From assembly GCF_902713615.1 (NCBI RefSeq), contig NC_052161.1, positions 120,568,636 to 120,632,635 of the forward strand: a DNA stretch of 64,000 nt, written 5' to 3'. The stretch comes from Scyliorhinus canicula. Lineage: Eukaryota. The notes beneath the pieces were generated by a model, which was not told the origin of the DNA, searched no databases, and saw only the letters and a program-made list of their open reading frames with translations. The position numbers and the translations under genes are program-made. Of this stretch, positions 45,451 through 58,658 are shown piece by piece (within the stretch, counting starts at the first letter, position 1; each line of letters begins with the position of its first letter).

Positions 45451-48130
45451 GAAAATGTGGTTGTCACTAGATTATGTGAGAGAGAAACCAGGCACTTCAG
45501 TCCTGTCAGTTTAAAGCCAGTTGTGGAAAGCTATTAGAATTGGTCATTGGGGGCAGAGTGCCTATGAACTTTTTTCTCTATTTGTCCATGGGATGTGGGC
45601 GTCGCTGGCTGGGCCAGCATTCATTTCATCACTGATGGCATTTAAGAATCAACCTCATTGCTGTGGGTCTGGAGTCACATCTAGGCCAGACAGGAATAAC
45701 AGATTTCCTTCCCCAAAGGACATTAGTGAACCAGATGGGTTTTTACGACAGTCGACAATGGTTTCATGGTCACCTTTAGACTTCGAATTTCAGATTTTTA
45801 TTGAATTAAAATTTCATCACCTGCTATGGCGGGATTCAAACCTGGGCCCCAGATCAGGACTCTGGGTCTCTGGATTACTAGCCCAGTGACAATACCACTA
45901 CGCCACTGTCTGCCGCTAACTGGAGCTGAGCAGAAAGCCAATAAAGATTTGTTAAGGACATGTCATGTGAGACCAATTTACTTGAATGCTTTGAGAGGCA
46001 GTTGCTTACAAAGGTAGATAAAGGAATCAACAAATATTAATCAAATAAACTACCAGAAAGCATTTGCTAATGTTGCACAGAAAAAAAACATCAAAACTGC
46101 AAATGCACAATATTGGGTTGGAAATTGAAGACAATGGGGATAAAGTACTCAGGTTGGCAGGAGTGACATGGTGTAGGGATGCCGTGGAGCCTCAATTTGG
46201 TTGAAGAAAGAATTATATATGCAAGGTGACACCAGGTTAGCAGAGACAGTTAAGTAATCCAAATAGGACGAGAAAATTGCAAAGGGAAACAGGAAGTTTG
46301 AGTAGAAAGTACTGTAGCAAATTAATACAATGTGGGTAAATAAAAGTCACCTACTTTGAACTCAAGGTATTTTCTGGGGACCATTCTATGAAATTCTCTC
46401 CCCCAAACTCCTCTCCATTGTCATTCAAGATTCTTAAGATCCACTTCTTTGATTGAGCTTTTTAAAAATAAATTTAGAGTACTCAATTCTTTTTTTCCCA
46501 AATAACGGGCAGTTTAGTGTAGCCAATCCACCTAGCCTGCACATCTTTGGGTTGTGGGGGGTGAGACCCACGCAGACACGGGGAGAATGTGCAAACTCCA
46601 CACGGACAGTGACCTGGAGCCGGATTCGACCCGGGTCGTCAGTGCTGTGAGGCAGCATTGCGAAACACTGCGCCACCATTTGGTCTAAGCTTTTGATCAT
46701 CCCTCCTAACATCTCGTTCTCTAGTTAAACATCTTTGTGTCTTATTATACTTCTGTGAAACACCTTGGGCAATTTCCCTACACCACGAGAAAGGATCATA
46801 GAATTAGAATCACAGAACTTACAGTGCAGAAGTGGGCCATTCGGCCCATCGAGTCCGCAATGGACCTTGGAAAGAACATGCTACTTAAACCTACACATCC
46901 CCGTATCCCAGTAACCACACCTAACATTTTTGGACACTAAGGGCAATTTAGCATGGCCAATCCACCTAACCTGCACATCTCTGGACTGTGGGAGGAAACC
47001 GGAGCACCCTGAGAAAACGCACGCAGACACAGGGAGAACATGCAGACTCCGCACAGACAGTGACCCAAGCTGGGAATTGAACCTGGGTCCCTGGAGCTGT
47101 GAAGCAACAGTGCTAACCACTGTGTTACCATGCCACCCTAAGAAAGAAGGAAGTGAACTTGGAAATTGTGCTTTTAAAGAAGCTGTTAATAAATTTCACA
47201 CAATATCCTTTCAACAGTTTAATATTTATTTAAATACTTTATTTCCTGCAATTTAGAAACAGTACAAAGACAAAAAAATACACAAACGTGACACAAATTC
47301 CTGTTTCTAATTTATAAAATATCTTTTACGCAGCCAGTTTCTTTCATATCGCGATGCAGTTGAAACCAAAGTTTCATCCCTCTCCAGGATACTGCAACCA
47401 GTCTCTGGTGGGGTAGGACAGGCTTGCTCCCTCCTGTCTGATGAAGGCCATAATCTCGCACACTGGTGACTAATTCCATATTATGGAAGCAGGGAGAAAA
47501 CCACTGGGATGGCTGCAGAATCTAGATTACAAGTCTTGTGCATTTGTACAATGCTGTATAATTGCTCTGCAGTCTGTTCAGAGTCTGACCACTAAGTTAA
47601 AAAGCAATGCCTAATCATGCAGGAGATAAGCTATTTCAAAGCTCAACCGAGAACCATAAAATTACACCAAATTTCATCTCATCCTCAATGCATGTAGCAC
47701 AATGCAATGTGCATGGTCAAACCACAAATTATCTCGACAGTACAAAGGGGTTAAAACCCATAGATGCCAATTCTCGGGATTTGATCCCTGCTCATGTTTC
47801 ACATTAACACGAGTTTTGAAAGTTCTCTTCTACCCCACCAGTCAGTTCAATGATGAAACATGTCCAGTATCTTGGGATCTGTTTGATTTGGTAATGTGGC
47901 TACTGGAATTGAAGTGCAATCAGGAGATTTTCTGAGCTCTCTCCTCAACATACAACTGCATCTATAAAAAAGTTTTTAAAAACATGAATCAACTGCAAAT
48001 CTCTGTGTGTATAGTGGAAAGCAACACTGCTGAATACATCAGTTTATAAAGAGTTACTGTTATCATTTCCTTCTGATATAATATCAGCAGCAGCAGTTAC
48101 AATAAACTGGGGTAATTCTACAATCCCATG

Positions 48131-51100
48131 CAGTGGCGGACTGGGTCTAAAAATATTGGTTGCCAAGAGACAAAGGGGACCCACCCACAACTACAATGCT
48201 ATCATTTAATTTTCATAACGAATAAATAAAATTTTCAAAAAATACATATGGAAAAAAGGGTACAATTAAAACTTTTGTGGAAAAAATGTGTATTTCTTAG
48301 TAATTACAGTGTACATGTACTGTACATATTACTGGCAGTAGATACCAAATACAAATACAGAATGTTATAATTGAATTTTTTATTTATTTTTTTAAATTTT
48401 AAGTAATTGGTTGATATTTTTTAATAGTTTACTGCACAATTTACACATTAACAGATAGTTCAAAAGCACAATAGAGCATTGCATGCAGTCCACTATATTA
48501 AGAGCAATCGTTTGTGTTCGCTAGATGATTGTGCGAATCTGCCAATAATTGCTTCTGCATCCAATTCATCTAACAATTCCTTTTCAATGGATAGCAACAT
48601 GTATGATTCCAAATTCTCCTCAGACAGCGAATTTCTTAACCTTGTCTTTATGATCTTTAGCTTTGAAAATGTCCTCTCACATTGGACTTGAGTAACTGAT
48701 AGTGTGCAGATGACTTTATAAAGTTCATAAAGGTTATCATATGCTTTGTCATGAAGTCTGTTGGATGCCAGAATTTGTAATACACACGATGGGCAAGTGC
48801 TGCAAATTTTACAATTGTTGCAACTGGAATCCATATTCTCACCATCATTAAGCAATAGCTTTAATACATCAAAGTTTGAAGCAAAAGAAAACAATTCCAA
48901 TATTACTTGATCTTTGCTGATTTGTGGAAACAGCTTAATAATACCTTCCAATGCTTCATCTTCAAGGCCCTTCTCTGCAATAGTTTTAAACTTTGCTGGG
49001 TCCAAGCAGGACAAATCTTTATACAACTGTTTGTGTTGTACAAAGCGTGATTCTAGTGACTGGACAATGCGATCCATTATGAGGTTAAACACATTTACTC
49101 GAAAATCAGCTAGAGAATCTGAGGAATTTCTTTCATCATCAATAAGCTAATCTGCCATTCTTTTCTTCTTTCTCTGCCTCTTAATTGGCAATGCTGTTTC
49201 CAACGCATCAATTTCCAATGTTTGATTTTCATCCATATTCATCTGTGAAATCCTGTCATTACATTTATTTACAAATTCCAAAGCCTTGCTGTGAACGTTA
49301 TCAAATGTTCTTGTCTGTTCCTTCAACTTTATTGTAGCTGAATCTACCAAACTCCATGCAGTAAACATATCTAAACCACTTGTCTGTAGATAACTTGATA
49401 ACGGGGTTGTGGTTTCAAATATATACAAGTAAGTAAATGCTGTCAATATGGTTTCAAACTTTAGAAGACTTTGAAATAAAACATTTGCTTCATGTTTTGT
49501 TTTTGCATCAAACTTTTCTGAATCTTGTATCATTGATAAGCATGTCAATAGATTTACGAAAGTACTGGCAGCGGCATCATCAAAACGTCCAAATATAGTT
49601 GTTGCTGCATTGGATTTTCCTGACCATCTGGTCTCACCAATTAGCTTTAATCGTTTCATTTATTCTTGTCCTAAATGTTTTCCAACAACTTCTATCCATA
49701 CAGCCATTCTCTTGTATCATGCTTTCACAAAAGTTGCTATATTCTGGAGAAAATTGAAAAAAGAAACTGCAGGCATACAACATTTTGTTGTTTCAGTTAT
49801 CACCAAATTCAAGACATGGGCATAGCACCATATATGAACATGTTGATCAGCTACATCAGCAATTTTACTTTGTAAACCATTATACTGGCCATGGTAGCTT
49901 GCAGCGCCATCTGTGCTATCAGATAAACATTTTTGGGGGTCAATTTTAAGATGCTGTAATGTTTCACTCAATAGGTCAAAAAGTCCCTGTCCTGTACCAT
50001 CATTACTTGGCACAACTGAAAGTAGTCGCTCACAGATAATACCTTTAAGCACATACCAAATAATAATGCTAAACTGATCGATGGATGAATTACCTTGTGT
50101 TGATACAACCTGAATAGAATAATATTTTGCTTGAGAAACTTCATGACTAATTCTTTCTTGTATCATATTCTTCATAATTTTGATTAACATGTTTATAGTT
50201 ATTTTACTCAGGTATGTAACAAGTCCACCACAGCCTTTACTTTGAGCCTTTCCTTGTTGCTCTAATTGTTTGATTCTTTGTTTAGACTTGTTTTGCACTG
50301 CAGAAACGTGAGCTGCCATAATGGGGTCATATTTTGCCATCAACTGCACTGTAGCTAAAAAATTGCCACGATTCAGAACCTCATTATCTAGAGTGTAGGC
50401 CGATTCATTTCTGTGACCTTGAAAAGAAAGTGCTTGCTTGCCAAACATCTTTATGATGTCTATAATCCTCATGACAATACTCGCATGTCATTGCATCATC
50501 ACCATGAGCATTGTTTCTTGCTTCAATACTTCTTCTTTCCTTTTAATTAGTGATGCTACAAAAAATTTATCTAAGGTGCCATCATTAACCACACTGATAT
50601 ATTGCCGAGCATTTCTGACATGTGTTGTTGTTGATTCATGTAAAGTCAAGCTCTGGCTAATACGCCTGTAGTCACTAAAGCCATGTACAAAGGGTGATGG
50701 ATTACAAGTGTTGGGAAACTCAAAGGCTAAGCAGTATGAACAATATAAGCATCTATTTTCTTTGTTATATGTTAGCCATTTTCTTGGGACTGAGTCATTC
50801 ATAATTTTCCTCGCATACAAACGAGCATCAAATGGCAGATCATCAAGTGGCTGAAGTGGATGTTCAGCAAAAAACTGTTTTAGCTTTGCTCGTGATGGAT
50901 ATTGGAAGATTCCAGTAATTGATCTTTCATTTTCTTGCGTAGGTTCATTTACAGGATGTGCTTCAGAAACCAAGTCATTTATGTTTGAAGGAATATCTGA
51001 TTCCCTGTCACTAGTTGAAGCTATGTGTTCAGATGTTGCAACTACAGGCAGTACAGATACCGGAACAAGGAAGCCAGAAGAAATATTGGGCCTGGGTTGA

Positions 51101-52544
51101 TTGGTAATGGATGCACTTGTATTTGTCTCTACATTCAAAGTAGCTCTTCTCTGTTCTTGTAACTCGCATGTCATTGCATCATCACCATGAGCATTGTTTC
51201 TTGCTTCTTGATTATTTGTTGCAGAACTGGATATTGATGTGGATTGTGCTTGTGGTATTATAAACTCTGTAATAGGCCTGCATCGCTTGGCTGATTCCTT
51301 CCTTTCTGCTTCTTTTTGTTCTTTGCATTTTAGTGACCCAGATTTATGCTTTTTCTTTTCCATGCTGATAGGGGTAATATTCCTGAACTAAAAACTTAAT
51401 TAAAAATAGCCCACATTGGGAAAAATGAATATTGATGATTGTAAGAATAACTTGAAGGAACGCCAGATAAACCCCTACTTGATAAAAAATATAAAATAAC
51501 TTACTTACACTTCAATAGGCTATATTCATTAGTCAATACTACTGTGGCCTATGCAGCTTCAGAAGAGGAGACAATCCACTGTCCAGTGTTCACACCAGCA
51601 AGCAACTGAGACAACTGTTGAAACTTAGAAGTTTGGTCCGACTATAGTAAGACATTAAGAATGGTCCCACGACCAGTTAACATGTCCAGTTTGGCACCAG
51701 TGTAGTGTTACAAGTCACAACCCTTTGAGCTTACCGATCATGGCATTTCACTTCAATATCTTTGACCTCATGATTCACGGTCAAAGGTACTGCTTCTCCT
51801 TTTCGGTGACCTCACGACCCTATGTACTGCTTGATATCCTTTCAAGTTGCCGACCATCTCAAATCACGAACTGTAACTTTATCTTTAAATTCACACACTC
51901 TTGCTGAAAACGTGGATTTCCAACTACGTCCGACCCGGGTGAACCAGCCCCCCCCCCCCTCCCCCCTCCACTCCTTTTCACATCCGTTTAGCACTGCTTC
52001 GTTCCTTCATACACAGTGATTATTTGTTTGTTTCTTTATTGCATTTTTATTTGGTATTGCTCTTTTTAAAAACAATTATATTTTATTAAGTTAGAATACA
52101 AATCTCAGGAAAGAAGTTGGAGATTTATTTATCTAATTAATTATAATTTTTAAGGGCCCTTCAGAGATTCATGGGCCCCTTCTTGGCTCTCCGGGCCCCA
52201 GACCGATGTACCGGCTGAACCAAGACTACTGCTTGATATCCTTTGAAGTTGCCGACCATCTCAAATCACAAATTGTAACTTTATCTTTAAATTCACACTC
52301 TTGCTGAAAACATGGAATTTCCTTAATTATGCCCGACCCGGGCCCCCCTATTCCACATCCTTCCACTACCTCCCCTGCTTTGTTCTTTTTCATGCACTGC
52401 TTATTTGTGTCCTGTTCTCTTTTTTTTCTTATTCCTTTTTATTATTAAAACAGTTGTCTGTGTTTGTTTCTTTATTGCATTTTTATTTGATATAGGGGCC
52501 CACTTGCCATCGGGCAAGCTGGCACCCTGGCCAGTCCGCCACTG
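48131..52544 (-). mobile_element. Full-length inactive hAT transposon (ZMYM1/Tip100-like transposase)
   Basis: Perfect 14-bp TIR CAGTGGCGGACTGG (48131-48144 / 52531-52544). Imperfect TSD ATCCCATG / ATCATG. Transposase fragments 50488-51363 (TTF-type Zn finger), 49717-50472 (DUF4371-like), 49147-49659 (ETRW), 48493-49092 (CERTFSKLK dimerisation motif), broken by stops and frameshifts. Confidence 0.93.
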
Positions 52545-52764
52545 ATCATGCATCTGGCATCTAATGGTTTCAGAACTTCATAGAAAACAAATTTGAATGG
52601 ATGATCTTTCATGTGCTATTTTCAACAAATGGCCTCACTTACCACCCAAAGCTACCACCTAATACATTCTTCTGGTCAATAAAAGTTTCATAAACATCTA
52701 ACAAGTTTACAATCAAAGCTCATGAGCTACTACACAAGAACCACAAACAGAACATAAGACACCC

Positions 52765-53234
52765 TGTCTTGTTATGCTCTTAGCGTTGCATAAGCGGCTT
52801 CCTTGTGATGCACTTGACAAAGGAAGGTTTAGACGTGGAGATAACTTCAACATGTTTATTAAACTATTTACGCTTCTTCTACTCGGGTTCGCCACTACTG
52901 TTAATTCTTCTATAGCTACTCAGACTGACTAACCAGTCTGCTACAATCCACGTGGTGGGAGTGATATTGAATCAACCGTGTCTCTACTCACTGACTGTCT
53001 CCACTGGAAAGAGGAAGATCATGTGTGTTGTGTCCTTTATATATGGGTTGGTGTAATGCCCTCCTGTGGTCGTGTCACCTGTGTGTATCGTGAATACCCA
53101 TTGGTCATGTCCTATCTAACTGCTCTATTGGTTGAGTGTCTGTGTCATGTCTCTGGTGCTCCCTCAAGTGTCTAGCTAGCCTACATGTATTTACATTAAC
53201 CCCTTGTGTGTTTACAGTGATGCATATCACCACA
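52765..53234 (-). mobile_element. Solo LTR
   Basis: TG…CA termini, 5-bp TSD CACCC (52760-52764, 53235-53239), TATA and AATAAA on the minus strand. Confidence 0.8.
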
Positions 53235-56226
53235 CACCCCTTCCTAGAATTAAAGGTGTTACCTTAAGATATCTGATGTCAGTTTTCAGTGGGATTAACC
53301 GTGGCTCTCGCATGTTCACTTCCTGTTCATCAGCATAGATCCATGGGAAGTCCTGCACCAGAATGGTGTTGGATAACGACCTCCAGGATATTGATCGAGT
53401 GACAAAATGGGAATTGTGATGATACGTGTCCAAGTCAGGAAAGCACGTGACTTGAGGGAAACTTACAGGTGACATTGTTCCACACGATGTTTCCGCTTAT
53501 AGTATTTTAGTGGTAGCTTGTTGGATTAGAGATGTTCTTGAAACAGGGCGGCACGTGGTACAGTGGTTAGCACTGCATTCTATGGCGTTGAGGACCCGGG
53601 TTCGAATGCCGGCCCTGGGTCACTGTCTATGTGGAGTTTGCACATTTTCCCCGAGTTTGCGTGTGTTTCACCCCCAAAATCCAAAGATTCATTGGTTAGG
53701 TGGATTGGCCACGCTAAATTGCACCTTAATTGGAAAAAGATAATTGGGTACTCTAAATTTATTTTTTAAAAGAGGTGTTCTTGAAACAAGCTTTATGCTA
53801 GTGGCGTAGATGGTGGATATTGAATTCAGTGAGTGGTGTTTCTAACCAGATGTTGCATGTATCCCATCGAATCAAATGGAGAAAATTATGTCACAATTCT
53901 TAGTTGAGCCTTCTGGATGACAGGGGAAAACTTGAGGGGCTAGGCGGCGAATGTTTTGCCCTGGCCACAGTAATGATATGGCCAATTCAGTTAAGCTACT
54001 GGTCAGTGTTGTTGATGCTGACAATCCTGAATGTTTATGGCGTTTTCTCCTTCCAAAGGTTGCCGAACTGTCCACCGCCATTCCCAACTAGATGTAGTGA
54101 AGCTACAGAACGTTTCCTTGATCCAATGACTGGAAAAATGTATAATGTGAACACTCACAATCATCCACACATTGCATAGCACAGACTTTAGCCCAGTGTC
54201 TACCCAGATGGTATACTCACCTTTATAATTTGAATTTTCTCCATGTTTCAAGTGGCAACATCTCGTGTATGAACCAAGACAGTAAAGGTATAGCCTAGAA
54301 ATAAACAGCACAATTCGAATCCATATACGGGAGGAAAATCCAGGAGGAATTTATTCCAGCTTCTGCATTCAGTATTGCTTTATAAATTTCTGCAGTCATG
54401 CTTCCGCAGTAGCTCAACAACTCGTCCACAGAGCGCTGCCGGCCTTGAAAGTCCCAACTCAATTCCCACTCGGCTAAATTAGCTGAGCATCTGGTACAGC
54501 AGTTAGGGTTAAAAAAGCTTCAGTGATGTACTGAAGGAGTGTTGCATGGTGTGAGGTTTGTTGCTTTGGATGAAACATTAAATCGCCTGCCTGCCCATGC
54601 TACCAATACTAACAAAAACAAATGATCAGGTTATTTATTTATTTGCTTGATGCTGTGGAAATGTAGGTTTCTGACTAATATAGCAAATGGATGATGGGAT
54701 GCTTGGCCATAATTATAATGTCCCCACAAAACAACTGACAGGGCAAGAATAAGAAACAATCTATTTGAAAAACATTATCAGTTAAACATAAATTGACATC
54801 TGAAACCACAGACCTTGTGCAAAGCACTTTGACCTTGTTAAAGTGAGTATGCAGCCAGAAATGAAGCAGACCCCTTAACTGTGTTAACCCCGTCTTTAAT
54901 TATATCAATGGGAAATTAAAAAGTTATCACAAACTGTCACATACAGACAGAAAACGTATTGTGCTCCTTTCATTGTAGTTTCGCTTCTTAAAACAATCTG
55001 TTTCTGTATATAGTTACACACATAAGCTAATTAACTCAGAGTCATGAATTACCTGTTTACTCCAGAGTATAAATATATCAGAATAACCATTGTACTGCGG
55101 ACTCTTTCCCTAACCGTTCATAAGGTGCAGACACCCTTTGTGCAAGTAAAAATGAAACTAACTGTGGATGTTAAACTTATATTTTATTGTCAGAATCTTA
55201 CTCAGAATCGGGTTTTCAACAATGCATGACTGTGTTAGACACGTACTGGCCATACATTTGCCGACTAAAGAGTAACATTTCTAGACTAGGCTTGAAAATC
55301 AAGAATTGCCATTGACATGCATTTTCAAAAAAGCAGGTAAAAAAATGACGGAAATACGCGACATCCATAAATGTCAGTAGAAAAATATGAATTAACAATT
55401 TAGTCTGAGAGTGTTCCACCAAGGGGCATAGTGGTTAGCACTGCTGCATCACAGCACCGATGATCCGGGTTCAATCCCAGCCCCGGGTGACTGTCCATGT
55501 GGAGTTTGCACATTCTCCCCATGTCTGCTTGGGTTTCACCCATACAACACAAAGATGTGCATGTTAGGTGGATTGGCCACGCTAAAGTGCCCGATCATCG
55601 GTGCGAATGCGCAGTGCGGCCAAATTTTTTTAATCTGTTCCTGGCCATTTTGAAGGCCTCTCGCAGCCGCGTGATCGGAAGCGCCGCCATGGATGGCTCC
55701 GCGACCTTTCCTGACACCCACCCGCGGGTCGCGTCCCCGAGTTTGACAATGCCTGTTATTGACTAAATAACTCTTGTTTTTACAGCTCCTTCCTGAGCTT
55801 TTCACAGCTAATGAACAGCTTTGGCATGTAGTCACGATTGTAGGTGGCAGCCAATTTATTGGTAGCACGATACCACTAGAGCAGTGAGCAAAATGATCAT
55901 TTTTTTTTCATTTTTTTAAATAAATTTAGATTAGCCAATTATTTTTTCCAATTAAGGGGCAATTTAGCGTGGCCAATCCACCTACTCTGCACATTTTTGG
56001 GTTGTGGGGGCGAAACCCACGCAGACACGGGGAGAATGTGCAAACTCCACACGGACAGTGACCCAGAGCCGGGATCGAACCTGGGACCTCAGCGCCGTGA
56101 GGCGGTTGTGCTAACCACTAGGCCACAGCAAAATGATCATGATCAGCTTCTTGGTAGATGATCGAGGAGAATAGATGTTGACCAGAATGTCCTACTTTTG
56201 GAATAAGGCCCTCGTATATTTTATAT

Positions 56227-57668
56227 CAATCTTTTTCAAGCCCTTTTTTCCCCTTGACCTACTTTTGTCAACTGGTCCACCTTTGCAAGGAACGCCACGG
56301 TCACTTACCTTTAATGCGAAAGGGGAGCCTGCTTGGTCCTCATGATCTCACTTGAATCAGGTTCACAGGCGCAGAGGGCAAAGTGCATTCGAAGATGCAG
56401 ACTTCAGCCAGTTCCTTTGTGCCATCATCGTGAAAACTGAAAATCCAACCTCGAACTTGTAGGTCACCGTGAAGCCAATAGCAACAACATGCTTGTTTGA
56501 AATGAAATTAAATGAAAATCGTTTATTGTCACAAGTAGGCTTCAAATGAAGTTACTGTGAAAAGTCCTTAGTCGCCACATTCCGGCGCCTGTTCAGGGAG
56601 GCTAGTACAGGAATTGAACCTGTGCTATTGGCCTTCTTCTGCTTTATAAGTCTACTGTGCTAAACCTGCCCCTCAGTCAGCACTGATACTCTTGGGTGTT
56701 GCTATTAAGAATACTGACAGCTTTTAGCTTATTAATGATATGCATTCACAGTTCTGGTACAGCAGGATAGTTTTTTCATTTGGAGTCAGCTGGAAGGTAA
56801 TATCTGACTCTGGAGTCTCTCCCTCAAAAGGAATCTTTCACCCTCAGCTTACCTCATTTGCCGGGGCAACATGGTGGTGCAGTGGTTAGCGCTGCTGCCT
56901 CACGGCACCAAGGTCCCAGGTTCAATCCCAGCTCTGGGTCACGGTCCGTGTGGAGGTTGCACATTCTCCCTGCGTTTGTGTGGGTTTCGCCTACCACAAC
57001 CCAAAGTTGTGCAGGGTAGGTGGATTGGCCACACTAAATTGCCCCTTAATTGTAAAAAATGATTTGGATACTCTAAATGAAAAATAAAACTTATCTCATT
57101 TGCCAGTACTTCCCTGCATATAACACACATGGGCTTTACATCCTTATTTGCATTGGCACAATTGACAAAACCATGCCTCAATAAATCACCTTTATACTGC
57201 TTTGTTCCGAGTTCAGTTTCTTATTATAGGCTGTTAACCAGAGGCCCTGAGCTCTGTACGGAGTCGACGCTATCACTGCTCTGTCCTGCCCTGCACTCTC
57301 CTGAGCACCTCTCTCCAACAGATTCAGTTGAGATCCTGTCCAATAGACACACTGCAAAAACCATCCATCTTCACAGTTCTCTTGCTTTGCCTCTGAGCAG
57401 TTAGAAAATGGAAGAAATTCCTCCGTGATGTGGCACAAAAAGCAAGTACATAGAGGGTTCCTGACCTGCTCACTGTTGTCACTTCTTGCAGGAAGACTGC
57501 ACACGGCCTCATTTCTTCCCATTTAAAAGGCGGCTATGATGGTCATTCTCAATAGAAATGCCGGTAACGGCCACTAGTCACTTCTCCCGCGCTTGGGGAC
57601 GCCGCAGCCGATCGTTCAGCGACCCTCCAGACACCCACAGGTTGCCCGCCACACTTTGAAAAACCCTA
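56227..57668 (-). mobile_element. Deleted hAT Charlie/Buster-like element (copy in duplicate block 2)
   Basis: 8-bp TSD TTTTATAT (56219-56226, 57669-57676), degenerate TIRs, and BED-finger remnant HGFVNC…PMCVICREVLANE (ORF 56939-57181). Interrupted by SINEs. Confidence 0.75.
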
Positions 57669-58658
57669 TTTTATATCCACAGTCACGAAGCCAAGGTTAA
57701 CATCAGGGACATAATTCAGTTTATTAATGTAAATCTGAAGGTTGGTGCATTGGTTAGCATTGCAGCCTCACGGCACCCAGGACCCAGATTCGATCCTGGC
57801 CCCAGGTCACTGGCTGCATGGAGTTTGCACATTCTCCCCGTCTCTGCGTGGATCTCACCCCCACACCCCAAAGATGTGCAGGGTAGGTGGATTGGCCACG
57901 CTAAATTGCCCCTTAATTTAAAAAATAGATAATTCTGGAATAAACAGCTAATCTCACTAATAATGATCAGAAAACTACGTAATTGTTAGAACATGGAACA
58001 TACAGTGCAGGAGGCCCTTCAGCCCATCGAATCTGCACTGACCCACTTAAACCCTCACCTCCACCCTATCCCCACAGCCCAACAACCCCTCCTAACCTTT
58101 TTGGTCACGAAAGGCAATTTATCATGGCCAATCCACCAAACCTGCATGTCTTTGGACTGTGGGAGGAAACCGGAGCACCGCTTTTTGTTGCAAAAACCCC
58201 ATCCGGTTCATTAATGTCCTTCGAGAGGAAATATACTATACTTGCCCAATCTGACCTGCATGTGACTCCAGATCCACAGCAACGTGGTTGAGTATTAACA
58301 TGCTCGATGAAAAGGCCAGGCAAGCCATTCAGTTGCAGACTGCAGGGATTCAAAAAACTAGGCCACTTTCAAGGGTAATGAGGAACGGACAGTAATGATT
58401 CAATGCTGGACTCACATCCCAAAAACAACTTAAAAAGAGAAAGCATAACACTCTCTCATTACTGACTGGCTGCTGAAAATTCTGGAATGGACCTTGAACT
58501 CCCAACATTCCAACACGGGTTAGTGTGCTGCCCCTCTTATACAACCGTTAATGTTCTGTAATATAATTGTAAATGTCAGGCAATAATTACACAATTCCCT
58601 CATCTACAAGTACAGAGGTTATAGTGATACCAATGTTGGGAAGGTAACAAAGTAACCA

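Larger units (their letters stand above)
47920..54294 (-). pseudogene. MAD2L2: Truncated unprocessed MAD2L2/REV7 pseudogene (last three coding exons)
   Basis: Exon 54221-54294 reads GYTFTVLVHTRDVAT*NMEKIQIIK (TGA at 54248-54250). Exon 53263-53352 reads DFPWIYADEQEVNMREPRLIPLKTDIRYLK (local frameshift vs KTMTSDILK). Exon 47920-47961 reads MQLYVEERAQKIS*. AG/GT sites intact. Matches the human REV7 C-terminus as recalled; no upstream exons found. Confidence 0.9.

Noticed and set aside
48493-51363. ZMYM1-like host gene
   Set aside because: Bounded by TIRs, broken by several frameshifts and stops, and the first catalytic Asp region is mutated (SIQVVSTQG); it is a dead transposon.
54295-55420. Upstream MAD2L2 exons
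   Set aside because: No reading resembling VEQLLRAFILKISVCD with splice sites was found; a short SVCDSL near 54935 is followed by stops.
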